In this document: piece after piece, positions 1 through 9,879 of the stretch
Layout: each line of letters begins with the position of its first letter
Position numbering within the stretch: the first letter of the stretch is position 1
NCBI RefSeq assembly: GCF_000143415.4
Contig: NW_003314355.1
Span: 1-25,270 of the forward strand
Reading direction: 5' to 3'
DNA from: Selaginella moellendorffii
Taxonomy: Eukaryota > Plantae > Lycopodiophyta
Length of the DNA: 25,270 bases
The notes under the pieces: model-generated
Seen by the model: only the letters and a program-made list of their open reading frames with translations
What the model was told of the DNA's origin: nothing
Database searches by the model: none
Translations under genes and position numbers: made by a program

Positions 1-367
1 TCCAGCACATGTGTTGCACCACAGCAATAGGTGTGCAGCCCTCTACCAAAGGCACACACCACCCCACATCAGGAGGATTAACTGCCAGCCAGCCCACCAC
101 CACCGCACGCAAAGATCCGAGTCTCCCGGCTTTCACCAGGACCCGTCCCAATGCGCATTGTGGTGGCGAGCAGGGAGTGTGATGTTGCAGGTAGCAAAAG
201 CAGAGCCACGAGCCAAAGCCAGAAGCCAAAGCCCACTTTGAGCTCGCCCCGCACGCAGTATACCACGTGAAGAGCACTCGCTCGCCCGGATTCGGACCCG
301 GACTCGGACTCCGAGTTCAACTCGGACTCCACCTCGGCTACCCGACCTCCAACACCCACACTATCCC
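1..367 (-). other. Probable start of the 5' external transcribed spacer of the next rDNA unit; includes a CCGAGT-type hexamer run (~292..350)
   Basis: GC-rich sequence immediately downstream of the predicted start site; GGACTC/CCGAGT hexamer periodicity; no credible ORF. Confidence 0.5.
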
Positions 368-482
368 TACTATACTTTTGGAACCCCCCACAGCCCCCCC
401 CTCCTGGGAGACACACGCTTTGGGCTTTCACCCCACAGCATGTATTAGTGTTCGGGCTTAGAATCTGGAAGTGCTGCGACTT
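343..482 (-). promoter_or_regulatory. RNA polymerase I promoter / transcription initiation site of the next rDNA unit (TATAGTAGGG at 374..365, predicted +1 A at 368)
   Basis: The minus strand reads CAAAAGTATAGTAGGGATAGTG, matching the plant Pol I initiation consensus TATA(G)TAGGG. It has the same orientation as the 45S cistron and lies at the distal end of the IGS. An upstream block GGGGTGAAAGCCCAAAGCG (434..416) recurs in the 3'ETS subrepeats. Confidence 0.75.
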
Positions 483-677
483 CTGCAACATCAACAATGA
501 AAAAGTGGTCATTTTTTCTTACTTTTTTTTTTCGAGTGTCACAAGACGACTCCTAGGAGCGGATGACACGTGGCACACTGTTCATGCCATGTAACATGTG
601 CCGTTTTTAGTGGTTTTTCAAGGTAAGAGTCACGTGACATATTTCGAGCTTGGTGTCATGGTAGTAAATGTAGTGTT

Positions 678-1117
678 GCCAACTCATATTTCGGCTAAAG
701 TTGGATGTTTTTGAGTTGTTTTTTTTCGTAGTAACTTATATCGCCACGTGTTATTCCACGTGCTCTAAAGATGGCACACGGGCTCAATGTATGGAACGCA
801 ACACTATGCCATGTGCAAGTGTAGGGTTTAGGGTTTAGGGTAGGGTAGGGTTTGCCACGTGGCATACATTTTGAGCAATTTATATGCCATGAGCTATACC
901 TTTTAGAAGGTGGCATTCAGACGGATGGTTTGGATGAGGTGGCATGCCACGTGGCATACTTTTATGTACTTATAGCATGCCACGTGGCAAACCCTTGGAG
1001 AGGTGGCATCTTGGAGGTTGCATGCCACGTGGTAAACCCTTGGAGAGTTGGTACCTATGGATGCCACATGGCAAACCCTTGGAGAGGTGGCATCTTGGAG
1101 GTTGCATGCCACGTGAC
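678..1117. repeat. 440-bp inverted duplicate of 10092..10531 (CACGTG-rich IGS repeats)
   Basis: Reverse-complement match with coordinate sum 11209; ORFs 695..916(-) and 10293..10514(+) translate identically. The copy ends exactly at the 5' LTR start (1118). Confidence 0.95.
822..853 (+). repeat. Short interstitial telomere-like tract (TTTAGGG/TAGGG); mirrored at 10356..10387
   Basis: TAGGGTTTAGGGTTTAGGGTAGGGTAGGGTTT contains plant telomere / telo-box units. Confidence 0.7.
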
Positions 1118-2263
1118 TGTCGCGCATGTGACTTCGGGTATCGAAAGTTACCTGTCGGCTAGTCCTTACGGACACTCTTACCTTACTGCCACGATGGCAG
1201 GAGGTCGGTATTGCTGGTTCCCTTTATTAGCCCCTCTTGTTCAAGTGTTAGTTTACTGGGCTTAGCACCTGTACTTAGCCAGATGGACATAAGGTAGGAA
1301 CTCCTATGTGTTTCTAGCTGAGCATACTCGGCCTGGCTTTTTAGTTCTCTTTTGCTCTGTCTTGCACTGGCTTGACAAGAACCCTCGCGTATTGAGATTG
1401 GTCCCTCAATATCGCTACATGATAGCTTACCGTGTCTGCCAAACACCCTCGCTATCATGCCCTTTGTGTTAGTCTCATTTCGGTCCCAAATACTATTTAT
1501 GGAAAGTGTCTAGATTTGCTCATTTGGCATATCTACGGAATGTAGAGATCGTCCTGAACACAATGGTGTTCGTCCCGTGTCCAAATTCGCAATCTAAAGA
1601 CATTCCATATTTAGTAAGTTTCGAGCTTGTCCCAGAGACTAACTCCTGATACTAAGGGAGGCTTGGGGTGAAAGCCCAAAGCATGTGTTCCTCAAGGGGG
1701 GGGGGGCTATGGGGGGTTCCAAATGTATAGTAGGGATAGTGGGTAGGTCGGGCATGGCCGACCAACCTGAGGCATAGTCTAGCTCCCGCTTGCGTGCCTG
1801 TCCTTGTTCTGCGTCCGGCTTGGGTCTAAGCCCAAGTTCCATTCCATGCTAGTTGGTGGAGTACCCATATCCTCGCGTTAGGCCACCGGTATGCCGAAAT
1901 AGCGCCAGACTCCGTTTGGCTCCGTTTTGCGTGCTGGTTCTGGCATTGGTATGCTGGTTGCTCCAGGATTGTTCCAAGTCGCTCCGGGCCCCTGTCCCTT
2001 CGCTCCTTGGGCTTTATGCTCGGGAGTTACTCCGTGGTTCGGTTCCATCACTCCTTGGCTCCATGCTTGGGAGTTTGGCACCGTTCATTCGTTCAGTGGC
2101 CCAAGGCCCTGAACCTCGGGTTCCTATGGACACGTGGCATGGACACGTGGCATGTGACACGTGGCATCTGTCACGTGGCACAAAGAGGGTTTAGGTTCCG
2201 CTTCGTGGTGTTATCCTATGGTAAATCACCATAGGATAAAGGGTCAAAACCACGTGCGCTACA
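1118..2263 (+). repeat. 5' LTR, copy 1 (1146 bp)
   Basis: Direct repeat of 7250..8393; about a dozen differences by eye; followed by the PBS. Confidence 0.95.
1615..1761 (+). promoter_or_regulatory. rDNA Pol I promoter homolog inside the LTR (TATAGTAGGG 1726..1735); equivalent motifs at 7856..7865, 11154..11163 and 17260..17269
   Basis: Collinear with the reverse complement of 343..482: GGGGTGAAAGCCCAAAGC, G-run, GGGGGGTTCCAAA, TATAGTAGGGATAG, AGGTCGGG, at nearly the same spacing from +1. Confidence 0.8.
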
Positions 2264-2265
2264 TT

Positions 2266-2276
2266 TGGTATCAGAG
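2266..2276 (+). other. Primer-binding site, initiator tRNA-Met
   Basis: TGGTATCAGAG begins 2 nt after the LTR's terminal CA. Confidence 0.92.
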
Positions 2277-5200
2277 GATGAGTCTCAGCGAGTACTATTC
2301 AATGAGATTGGGCAACTAGTCTCGTTGCATACGCAGAGATGAAAACGATGATCCGAGTGGGTACACGTTTTGGTGTAAAGGCTTCGCAATCGTTCCTTGG
2401 GATAGGTTTTGGGTTACCTTGTTGTACCTTATGATGTGAGCTTGCGCTTGGGCTTATAGGATGGTTTGGAGATGTTCCGTTTGCATGAGTTTGAGCTTGG
2501 GCTCGTGAGTGAGGCGCATTAGCAACTCAAGGTTGCACTTTGAGTTGGCAGGATTAATGTTAGCCTATCGTTGGTTCCATGAGTTATTCCTTGTACCATG
2601 GGTGAAAGCAAACCTACCTGGGTTTGCTATGAGTGGCAAATAGGCTGGTCCGTAGCTGTTTAGCACGGCACTAGTGGATCCTTCCTAGGCATGATTATAA
2701 GTGGATCAATCAAGACTATAAGGGAATAGTCTATTGGTTCAAGTAATTATCGCCGTGCTCTCTCATAAACTTTTCTTTGATTGAACTGAAGGCAGTGCGA
2801 AAGCAAGCTTGAGGTTTGGTCAAAGATGAGACCGAAAAGAGAGTCATCGAGGACGGAGGATCAAATACGTAAATCATTTTCTCTTCTTGGAGAGATGATT
2901 TGCAACGAGGTGTTAACTCATTGCTTGTGTTCACATAATGCAATCAAGAGTCCCTACCTTGATGCATGTTGGAAATGATGGTCTTACAAATGGTGAGTTA
3001 TGGGATGGATAGTGGTGTAACACTAAACCATTTTGTCTAGGCTCGCTATTGGAAGACTTGGGTTGCAATGCTCAATTCTTTTCTGGGGAACCTTGCTATT
3101 GCTCCTTGAGTAGCTTGGTGTTGGATTAGTGTTGAGTTTGGTCGGAAAGAGAGTGGCATGAGCTTGTTCGTGTTGTGAACAAAAGTTAGTGGTGTTGGGT
3201 GTCGTAAACCTCTATTGGTGGAGTGTGGCATTTATGTTGCATTTTGTCGAATCGAGTTGGCATTTGATACTCACATAAACGTTTGAAGTAATGACATAGG
3301 CATTGCTCATTGTGTTACTCAATTGATGATCAAGTCATTGTGATTATATATCATATCCATGTGATAATGAGCAATGTGTTTACGAAGTTGCTTGGATAAA
3401 TGATGATCAACCCCAAAGTGGTTGGTGGAGAAGCTAGTCTACTTGCACGAAGTAGCATTGTAGTAGCTTTGACTGGATTCTCAATTGTGGTCCATTATGC
3501 TAAGCTTATGTTGGTACCTTGTTTCCTTGAGGGTTTGCCCATAAGGTGTTGGGAATGGGTTGTAGCATTCATTTGCTATAGCTCATCTGTTGATCCGTTA
3601 GCACTTGGAGTAGATTATTGGATGGAGAAGGTGTGAGGTTGATGCATTGATATCGCTAGCACTTGTGTTAGTGGAAGTGGCATTGTTGATTCGAGTGATG
3701 AGGAATTTTCCTTAGAGCTTGATTTTCCATGTCATTTTTCTTGTTAGTGTTTTGGCTTCACATTGGATCTTGAAGGTGGTTGAAGAAGAGTGGTAGTGCA
3801 ATGTGGATATCCGATGATGTGGTCTTTGTGATCAAGCCTTGGATGCTCATTTTGCACTTTGCGGATGTCGGTGTTGGATATCGGTTAAATGGGCAAAGAT
3901 GTTCGATGCTTAAGCATATTGTTGGTCATGAGAACTTGTGTTGAGGTGAACCTATGTGAAGTTGTTAGTAGGAGGAAGTTGGTTGAGTCTTGAAAGTTTG
4001 CATTCCTGGACTGAGAGTCATTCTTTCTCTAGGATGGGAAATTTTCCACAAATTTTCTTAGATTTTTCCAATGGCTAATCTGTTGGTCACTTTGCTCGAA
4101 AACCATTCCATTTTCGAAAGCCAGTACAAACTAGTGAAGGGGTTGGAGTTGACTTCGGTTGGCTTAGATCTTAGTAGGTAGTTTGTATGATGCGACCCGA
4201 AAGGGATGCTAACTTTTGGGGCTAAAGCAATTGAGTTGGATAGAGTCTGGAGTTGATGTAGAAAAGTGGCCGTTGCGCTTTTCTAAGAAAGGTGACTCTT
4301 GTGCCTTTCTTTTGTAGCATTATGCTCGGTGGCAGGTTGCACCTTGCATTTCGCTAAGACTCTATGAGAGTAGTGAGCTCTCACTGATCTTGACTTAGTC
4401 TTGGTAGCCCTGCACCTTGGCTGAAGATGGTGATGTCCAACTTAGTTGTTTGAGGTTGAGATGTTGGTACCCGTACTATAGCTTTGTCTATGAGGAGGTT
4501 GTGTACCGATATGAGTCCATCTCATGGTCTTCACTTTAGTTTCGACTGAGTGTTGATCACATAGCTAGCCTCTTCAAGGCATGCTCAGAGCTATTGACTA
4601 AATGCATTAGTGAGCTTATGGCGGTTGAATTGGATTCGAGTGGTCATTTGATTTGTGCTTGTTTATGAACTTTTATCTCGTACCTGGGGTATTATGTTCA
4701 TGTTGGACAAGTATGTAACTCGATGACATGAGTTAGTGTTTGGGTCTTGTGAAGGCAAGTTGAGGGGTGATTGTTAGTTGCTTTGCGACTAGTGATTACT
4801 TGTAGACTTCATCAAGGACTGTTGACACTTGCTTTGCTCGATGATGATTTAGCAGTGATGGGCTTGCTTTACCAGGTGGTGTTGCGGAGGATCATGTCGT
4901 TAGACTTACATGAGTTTTCATGTTGGCTTGTCGACTCTACCTCTGTCGATATCATTTGGTTACGTCTAGTCCGTAGTGTTGGATTTCATTGAGTCTTGGA
5001 CGTGGTGAATCACTCCTTGATGATATGTATCTGAAACTGAGTATTGCTGAAGGATTGGTCTTGGATACACACTAAGGTATCTTCGACTGTGGTTAGCTTG
5101 GTTGCTAGAAAGTTTTGAGTGGTGATTCACTCTAGCTTTCTTCTAGCTTTGTCCTGATGTTGATGGCATTAAAGTGATGCCTTGTCATTGATGTTGTTGA

Positions 5201-7236
5201 CATTGAGATTCGAGTGAAATGAGATATCCTTCCAAGGATTGATATTGAGTTTCATTAGTCCTGATGATAATAGTGTTGATGATTTGGCTTTAGCTTTGTG
5301 TTGTTAGCATTCATGCATTTGCTAGTTAACAACTATATTGACGTTCAAATGAACTGAGTGGCAAGTTGAGTTAGTTGTGTTCTAGACGAGATTATTTAGT
5401 AGAGGATTGAGCTTTAGCTTTTCCTTGAAAAGTGATTTAGTCGTGGATTATGCTAACTCTACAAGAGGAAGAAGAGTTAGTGATCGATATTAGAATGTTG
5501 AGTCCTTGCTGGATTTGAGTTGGAATATAGCGATCATTAATGATTCTTTTTGAGCTTGTTATGAAGTGAGTTACGTCTTGCTATAGATGGATTCATGGAG
5601 GATCGTTTGATGATCACTTGTTAAACATAGCTTCGTTATGCTTAGCTTTTGGATTGATGCAGAAATGCTCTTCATTAAGCTTTGGCATTATGAAGTTTGG
5701 CTTATGGATGTGTTGAGGAAGATATTGTGGGTTGCACCATGATTTCTTCTTTAGCATTGAAGTTAGCTTCTATGAGACTCGTGATCATTATTAGGCAAGA
5801 CTTAGTTATAGGCTTCTTCGAGCTTTTGGTTCTTGAGTTTTGTGCTCATTGTTCCATTTGTTAGAAGTTGTTGGGGAAGGCATTTTTGGCTCATTAGCTT
5901 CGATATTGAAGTTAGTATTTGCATCTAGCAATCATTGGTGATGATTGACTATCATCTGGGATAATTGATTATCTTTGTCAGAGGTTTTGCTTGATTATCG
6001 TTGATCTAGATTGATTCGCTATTCTTCGGGATGGTGGATTCCTTCTTAGACGATGATTTTGCATCTCTTTATTGATGGGATGATTGATGATCTTTCATGA
6101 TGGTTAGTTGTTCTTTTTGATGGCTTATGGCTTTTCACAATACCACATATTCTTTGTGGTTTGCTCTGGATTGGTCTCTTGGGTTTGAGACATCCGTAGA
6201 TGTTGCTAACACTTGCTTAGGCAACTTGAGTTCCTTCGTGTTGTTGGCTGGGATCTATTCGGATTGGCTAGTGTAATGGTTAATATGAACAAGCGTTTGT
6301 TTGCTTTGCAACATTCATTTTGTTCTGTTGATTATTGCTCGAAGTTAGTTCTCATAGATTAGGATGTTATTTCCTTCGGGTGATACATTCGCGAGCATTG
6401 TGCTTGTTAGTCAACGATACTTTGTGTTCTTTGAGTTGTGTTTTGTGAGTTGTTTGGCATGCTATCAGCCATTTTCGGTAGTTAAGTTTTCTCATTGAGT
6501 TTACTTGATGATATACTTGCTATTGAATTTTGTTAGATGGTGAATTCTATGTTTTCCACTGATAGTGATCTTGGTGGTTCTTATACTATAATACTCGTTT
6601 ATCGGATGATAACTTACTTGGAATACTTTTGTGTTCTAATCTAAGCTTTATTCACTGATAATTAAATCTCTAAGATATCATTGTTTATGACTTTGATATG
6701 TCCATATATATTGATCTTTGAGTTTGGGCCAGTATAGGCAGACTGGCTTCGGCACTTCGTGTGCATGTTGAAATCTCTAGTCATGGGGTAGCTACTGTCG
6801 ACTGGTCACATAACCCGCCTCTTTGTCGATGTTCCTTGTTCTGTGAAAGGGCGTGACCGTGTAAACAACTCTAAACTGCCTGTTGACAGTAGTCTATCTA
6901 AACCTTACCGACGGGTTTGGTTTCTTTGCTCAGGAGGGTTGGGGCCTCTGGCTTCTCTCTCTATGTCTCTGCGGGCAGGGCATATCACACTTTTGTAGCT
7001 GGGTGACACCCAGAGCAGCAAGGGTGGCTGATTCTGTTGGTCATTTCCTTGTCAGCGACGGCTGGAAGGTGTCTGAGCTGGTAGCGCATCCGCGTTAGAC
7101 AAAGAGGTTGCCCCCTTAACTCATTTAAGTTGGTGCATTTCTCACATAGTGTGAGTACCGTGAACTTTTTTCTGGAGTTGTTTCCTTGGCGGTATTCTAG
7201 ACTCGAGTGTGCATCGACGAGGACGTCGATCTTCCC

Positions 7237-7249
7237 AAGGGGGGGAGAG
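7237..7249 (+). other. Polypurine tract, copy 1
   Basis: AAGGGGGGGAGAG lies immediately before the 3' LTR's TG. Confidence 0.92.
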
Positions 7250-8393
7250 TGTTGCGCATGTGACTTCGGGTATCGAAAGTTACCTGTCGGCTAGTCCTTA
7301 CGGACACTCTTACCTTACTACCACGATGGCAGGAGGTCGGTATTGCTGGTTCCCTTTATTAGCCCCTCTTGTTCAAGTGTTAGTTTACTGGGCTTAGCAC
7401 CTGTACTTAGCCAGATGGACATAAGGTAGGAACTCCTATGTGTTTCTAGCTGAGCATACTCGGCCTGGCTTTTAGTTCTCTTTTGCTCTGTCTTGCACTG
7501 GCTTGACAAGAACCCTCGCATATTGAGATTGGTCCCTCAATATCGCTGGATGATAGCTTACCGTGTCTGCCAAACACCCTCGCTATCATGCCCTTTGTGT
7601 TAGTCTCAATTCGTCCCAGATGCTATTTATGGAAAGTGTCCAGATTTGCTCATTTGGCATATCTACGGAATGTAGAGATCGTCCTGAACACAATGGTGTT
7701 CGTCCCGTGTCCAAATTCGCAATCTAAGGACATTCCATATTTAGTAAGTTTCGAGCTTGTCCCAGAGACTAACTCCTGATACTAAGGGAGGCTTGGGGTG
7801 AAAGCCCAAAGCGTGTGTTCCTCAAGGGGGGGGGGGCTATGGGGGGTTCCAAATGTATAGTAGGGATAGTGGGTAGGTCGGGCATGGCCGACCAACCTGA
7901 GGCATAGTCTAGCTCCCGCTTGCGTGCCTGTCCTTGTTCTGCGTCCGGCTTGGGTCTAAGCCCAAGTTCCATTCCATGCTAGTTGGTGGAGTACCCATAT
8001 CCTCGCGTTAGGCCACCGGTATGCCGAAATAGCGCCAGACTCCGTTTGGCTCCGTTTTGCGTGCTGGTTCTGGCATTGGTATGCTGGTTGCTCCAGGATT
8101 GTTCCAAGTCACTCCGGGCCCCTGTCCCTTCGCTCCTTGGGCTTTATGCTCGGGAGTTACTCCGTGGTTCGGTTCCATCACTCCTTGGCTCCATGCTTGG
8201 GAGTTTGGCACCGTTCATTCGTTCAGTGGCCCAAGGCCCTGAACCTCGGGTTCCTATGGACACGTGGCATGGACACGTGGCATGTGACACGTGGCATCTG
8301 TCACGTGGCACAAAGAGGGTTTAGGTTCCGCTTCGTGGTGTTATCCTATGGTAAATCACCATAGGATAAAGGGTCAAAACCACGTGCGCTACA
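7250..8393 (+). repeat. 3' LTR, copy 1 (1144 bp)
   Basis: TGTTGCGC...GCGCTACA; direct repeat of 1118..2263. Confidence 0.95.
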
Positions 8394-8584
8394 AAAACAC
8401 GCGATTTTTCACGAAAAGTCGGGGAGGTACCCCACATTTTGCAGCGCGCGTTTTGGGCCCCAAAACGCGGTCTTCGTGAATTGTTGGGGAGGTACCACAT
8501 GTCCCGCGGGCGTGCTTTTTGGCGCCCAGAAAGAACACGGGATTGTGGAGGTACGCTGCAGCTTTGGATCAAGCTGCCCCACAC

Positions 8585-8589
8585 TATAA
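8585..8589 (+). promoter_or_regulatory. TATA-like element about 30 nt upstream of the 5S gene
   Basis: TATAA at -31 to -27, the usual position for plant 5S upstream TATA elements. Confidence 0.55.
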
Positions 8590-8615
8590 GAGTAGGGGGA
8601 GTGTGAAATATTTCA

Positions 8616-8734
8616 GAGTGGGTTCAAACCGTGACTATGGCACTGGATCCCATCAGACCTCCAAAGTTAAGCGTCCCTGGGCTTGAATAGTACTGGGCTG
8701 GGTGACCACCCGGGAAGTCCAAGTGACCCCCTCT
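8616..8734 (+). rRNA. 5S rRNA gene (divergent), linked to 45S (L-type arrangement), on the opposite strand
   Basis: Aligns without gaps to the plant 5S consensus (GGATCCCATCAG..CTCC..AGTTAAGCG..TGGGC..TAGTACT..TGGGTGACC..GGGAAGTCC). Helices I, II, IV and V are kept by compensatory changes. A T-run follows. Confidence 0.88.
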
Positions 8735-8746
8735 TTTTGTTTTTTT
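8734..8746 (+). terminator. Pol III terminator T-run
   Basis: TTTTTGTTTTTTT directly follows the 5S 3' end. Confidence 0.8.
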
Positions 8747-9019
8747 CATTACAAGTCATTTATTTTTGTAAGATCACTGTTTTAATATATAAACTTTGAG
8801 TATTTTTCCATAGCATATAAGTGTATGGTCCTTAAATACTACTTACAATTGTCAATGTAAGGTGTGTTTGCCAAATTGTGTCATTAGTTAGTTATTAACT
8901 AGGATATAAGTCACAAAGAATGTGTTGTGACTGTCACCACGTGGCATGGCAAGCAAGTCCAAACATATGTATTTCACATGGCATACAAGGACGCTAAACT
9001 CTAACTATGAGAACAAGCC

Positions 9020-9228
9020 AAAGGGCATGCCACGTGTCAATGTGACACACATTGAAAACCATAAAACTCACCAAAGCACATGCCACGTGTCAATGTGGCA
9101 CACATTGAAAACCATAAAACTCTGAGCACAAACCAAAGTGCATGCCATGTGTCAATGTGGCACACATTGAAAACCATAAAACTCTATGAGATCAAACCAA
9201 AGGCCATGCCACGTGTCAAAATAAAACT
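9020..9228. repeat. IGS subrepeat, ~53-64 bp, about 3.5 copies (ATGCCACGTGTCAATGTGGCACACATTGAAAACCATAAAACTC)
   Basis: Units are anchored at 9031, 9084, 9146 and 9210. The full copies contain the hairpin TCAATGTG-N3-CACATTGA. Confidence 0.9.
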
Positions 9229-9826
9229 CGGATATATCCAGGGCCAGACACATCTGGGGCCCGGCATATCGGGTGCCCGACATGTACGGGGCCCGACATA
9301 TCGGGTGCCCGACATGTCCGGGGCCCGATATATCTGGGGCCGGATATATCGGGGCCCGGACATGTCTGGGTGCCCGATATGTCCGGGGCCAGACATATCG
9401 GGTGCCCGACATGTCCGGGGCCGGATATATCGGGGCCCGGACATGTCTGGGTGCCCGATATGTCCGGGGCCAGACATGTCCGGGGGCCCGACATATCGGG
9501 TGCCCGACATGTTCGGGGCCGTAGATATCGGGGCCCGGACATGTCCGGGGCCCGACGTATTGGGTGCCCGACATGTCCGGGGCCCGATATATCTGGGGCC
9601 CGGACATGTCCGTGGCCCGACATGTCCGGGGCCCGACATCTCTGGGGCCCGACATATCGGGTGCCCGACATATCCGGGGCCCGACATGTCCGGGGCCGGA
9701 TATGTCGGGGCCCGGATATGTCTGGGTGCCCGACATGTCCGGGGCCCGATATATCTGGGGCCGGACATATCGGGTGCCCGACATATCTGGGGCCCGACAT
9801 GTCCGGGGCCCGACATATCCAGGGCC
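9229..9826. repeat. GC-rich quasi-palindromic minisatellite of ~15-17 bp modules (GGGCCCGACATGTCC / GGGTGCCCGACATATC)
   Basis: Continuous array of alternating GGG(T)GCCC and GACATGTC/GATATATC palindromic cores; produces long spurious ORFs on both strands. Confidence 0.93.
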
Positions 9827-9879
9827 TGAGGTATGCCACATGGCATACAAGTGCAGAAGAGGTACCTTCCAATGTCATG

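Larger units (their letters stand above)
1118..8393 (+). mobile_element. Non-autonomous LTR retrotransposon (LARD-like), copy 1, 7276 bp, no TSD
   Basis: LTRs 1118..2263 and 7250..8393 with TG...CA ends and imperfect terminal inverted repeats (TGTCGCGCATGTG / CACGTGCGCTACA); PBS; PPT; ~5 kb interior with no listed ORF over ~80 aa. Flanks GTGAC / AAAAC do not match. Confidence 0.93.

Noticed and set aside
78-512. 144-aa ORF with an ESES run
   Set aside because: It reflects hexamer repeats and G-runs across the promoter and ETS; it also straddles the predicted Pol I start.
671-806. TAGTGTTGC...GCAACACTA as MITE/hAT terminal inverted repeats
   Set aside because: Only 9 bp, no target-site duplication, and the mirrored copy lacks one end.
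822-853. True telomere or chromosome-healing site
   Set aside because: Only two perfect TTTAGGG units, internal, and part of the duplicated IGS block.
2264-7249. gag/pol genes in the LTR elements
   Set aside because: No long ORF and no visible RT (YxDD), protease, zinc-knuckle or integrase motif in the ORF track.
8616-8734. Cassandra TRIM or 5S-derived SINE as the identity of the 5S sequence
   Set aside because: It is a full-length, foldable 5S with TATA and terminator, outside any LTR, with no PBS, PPT, tail or TSD.
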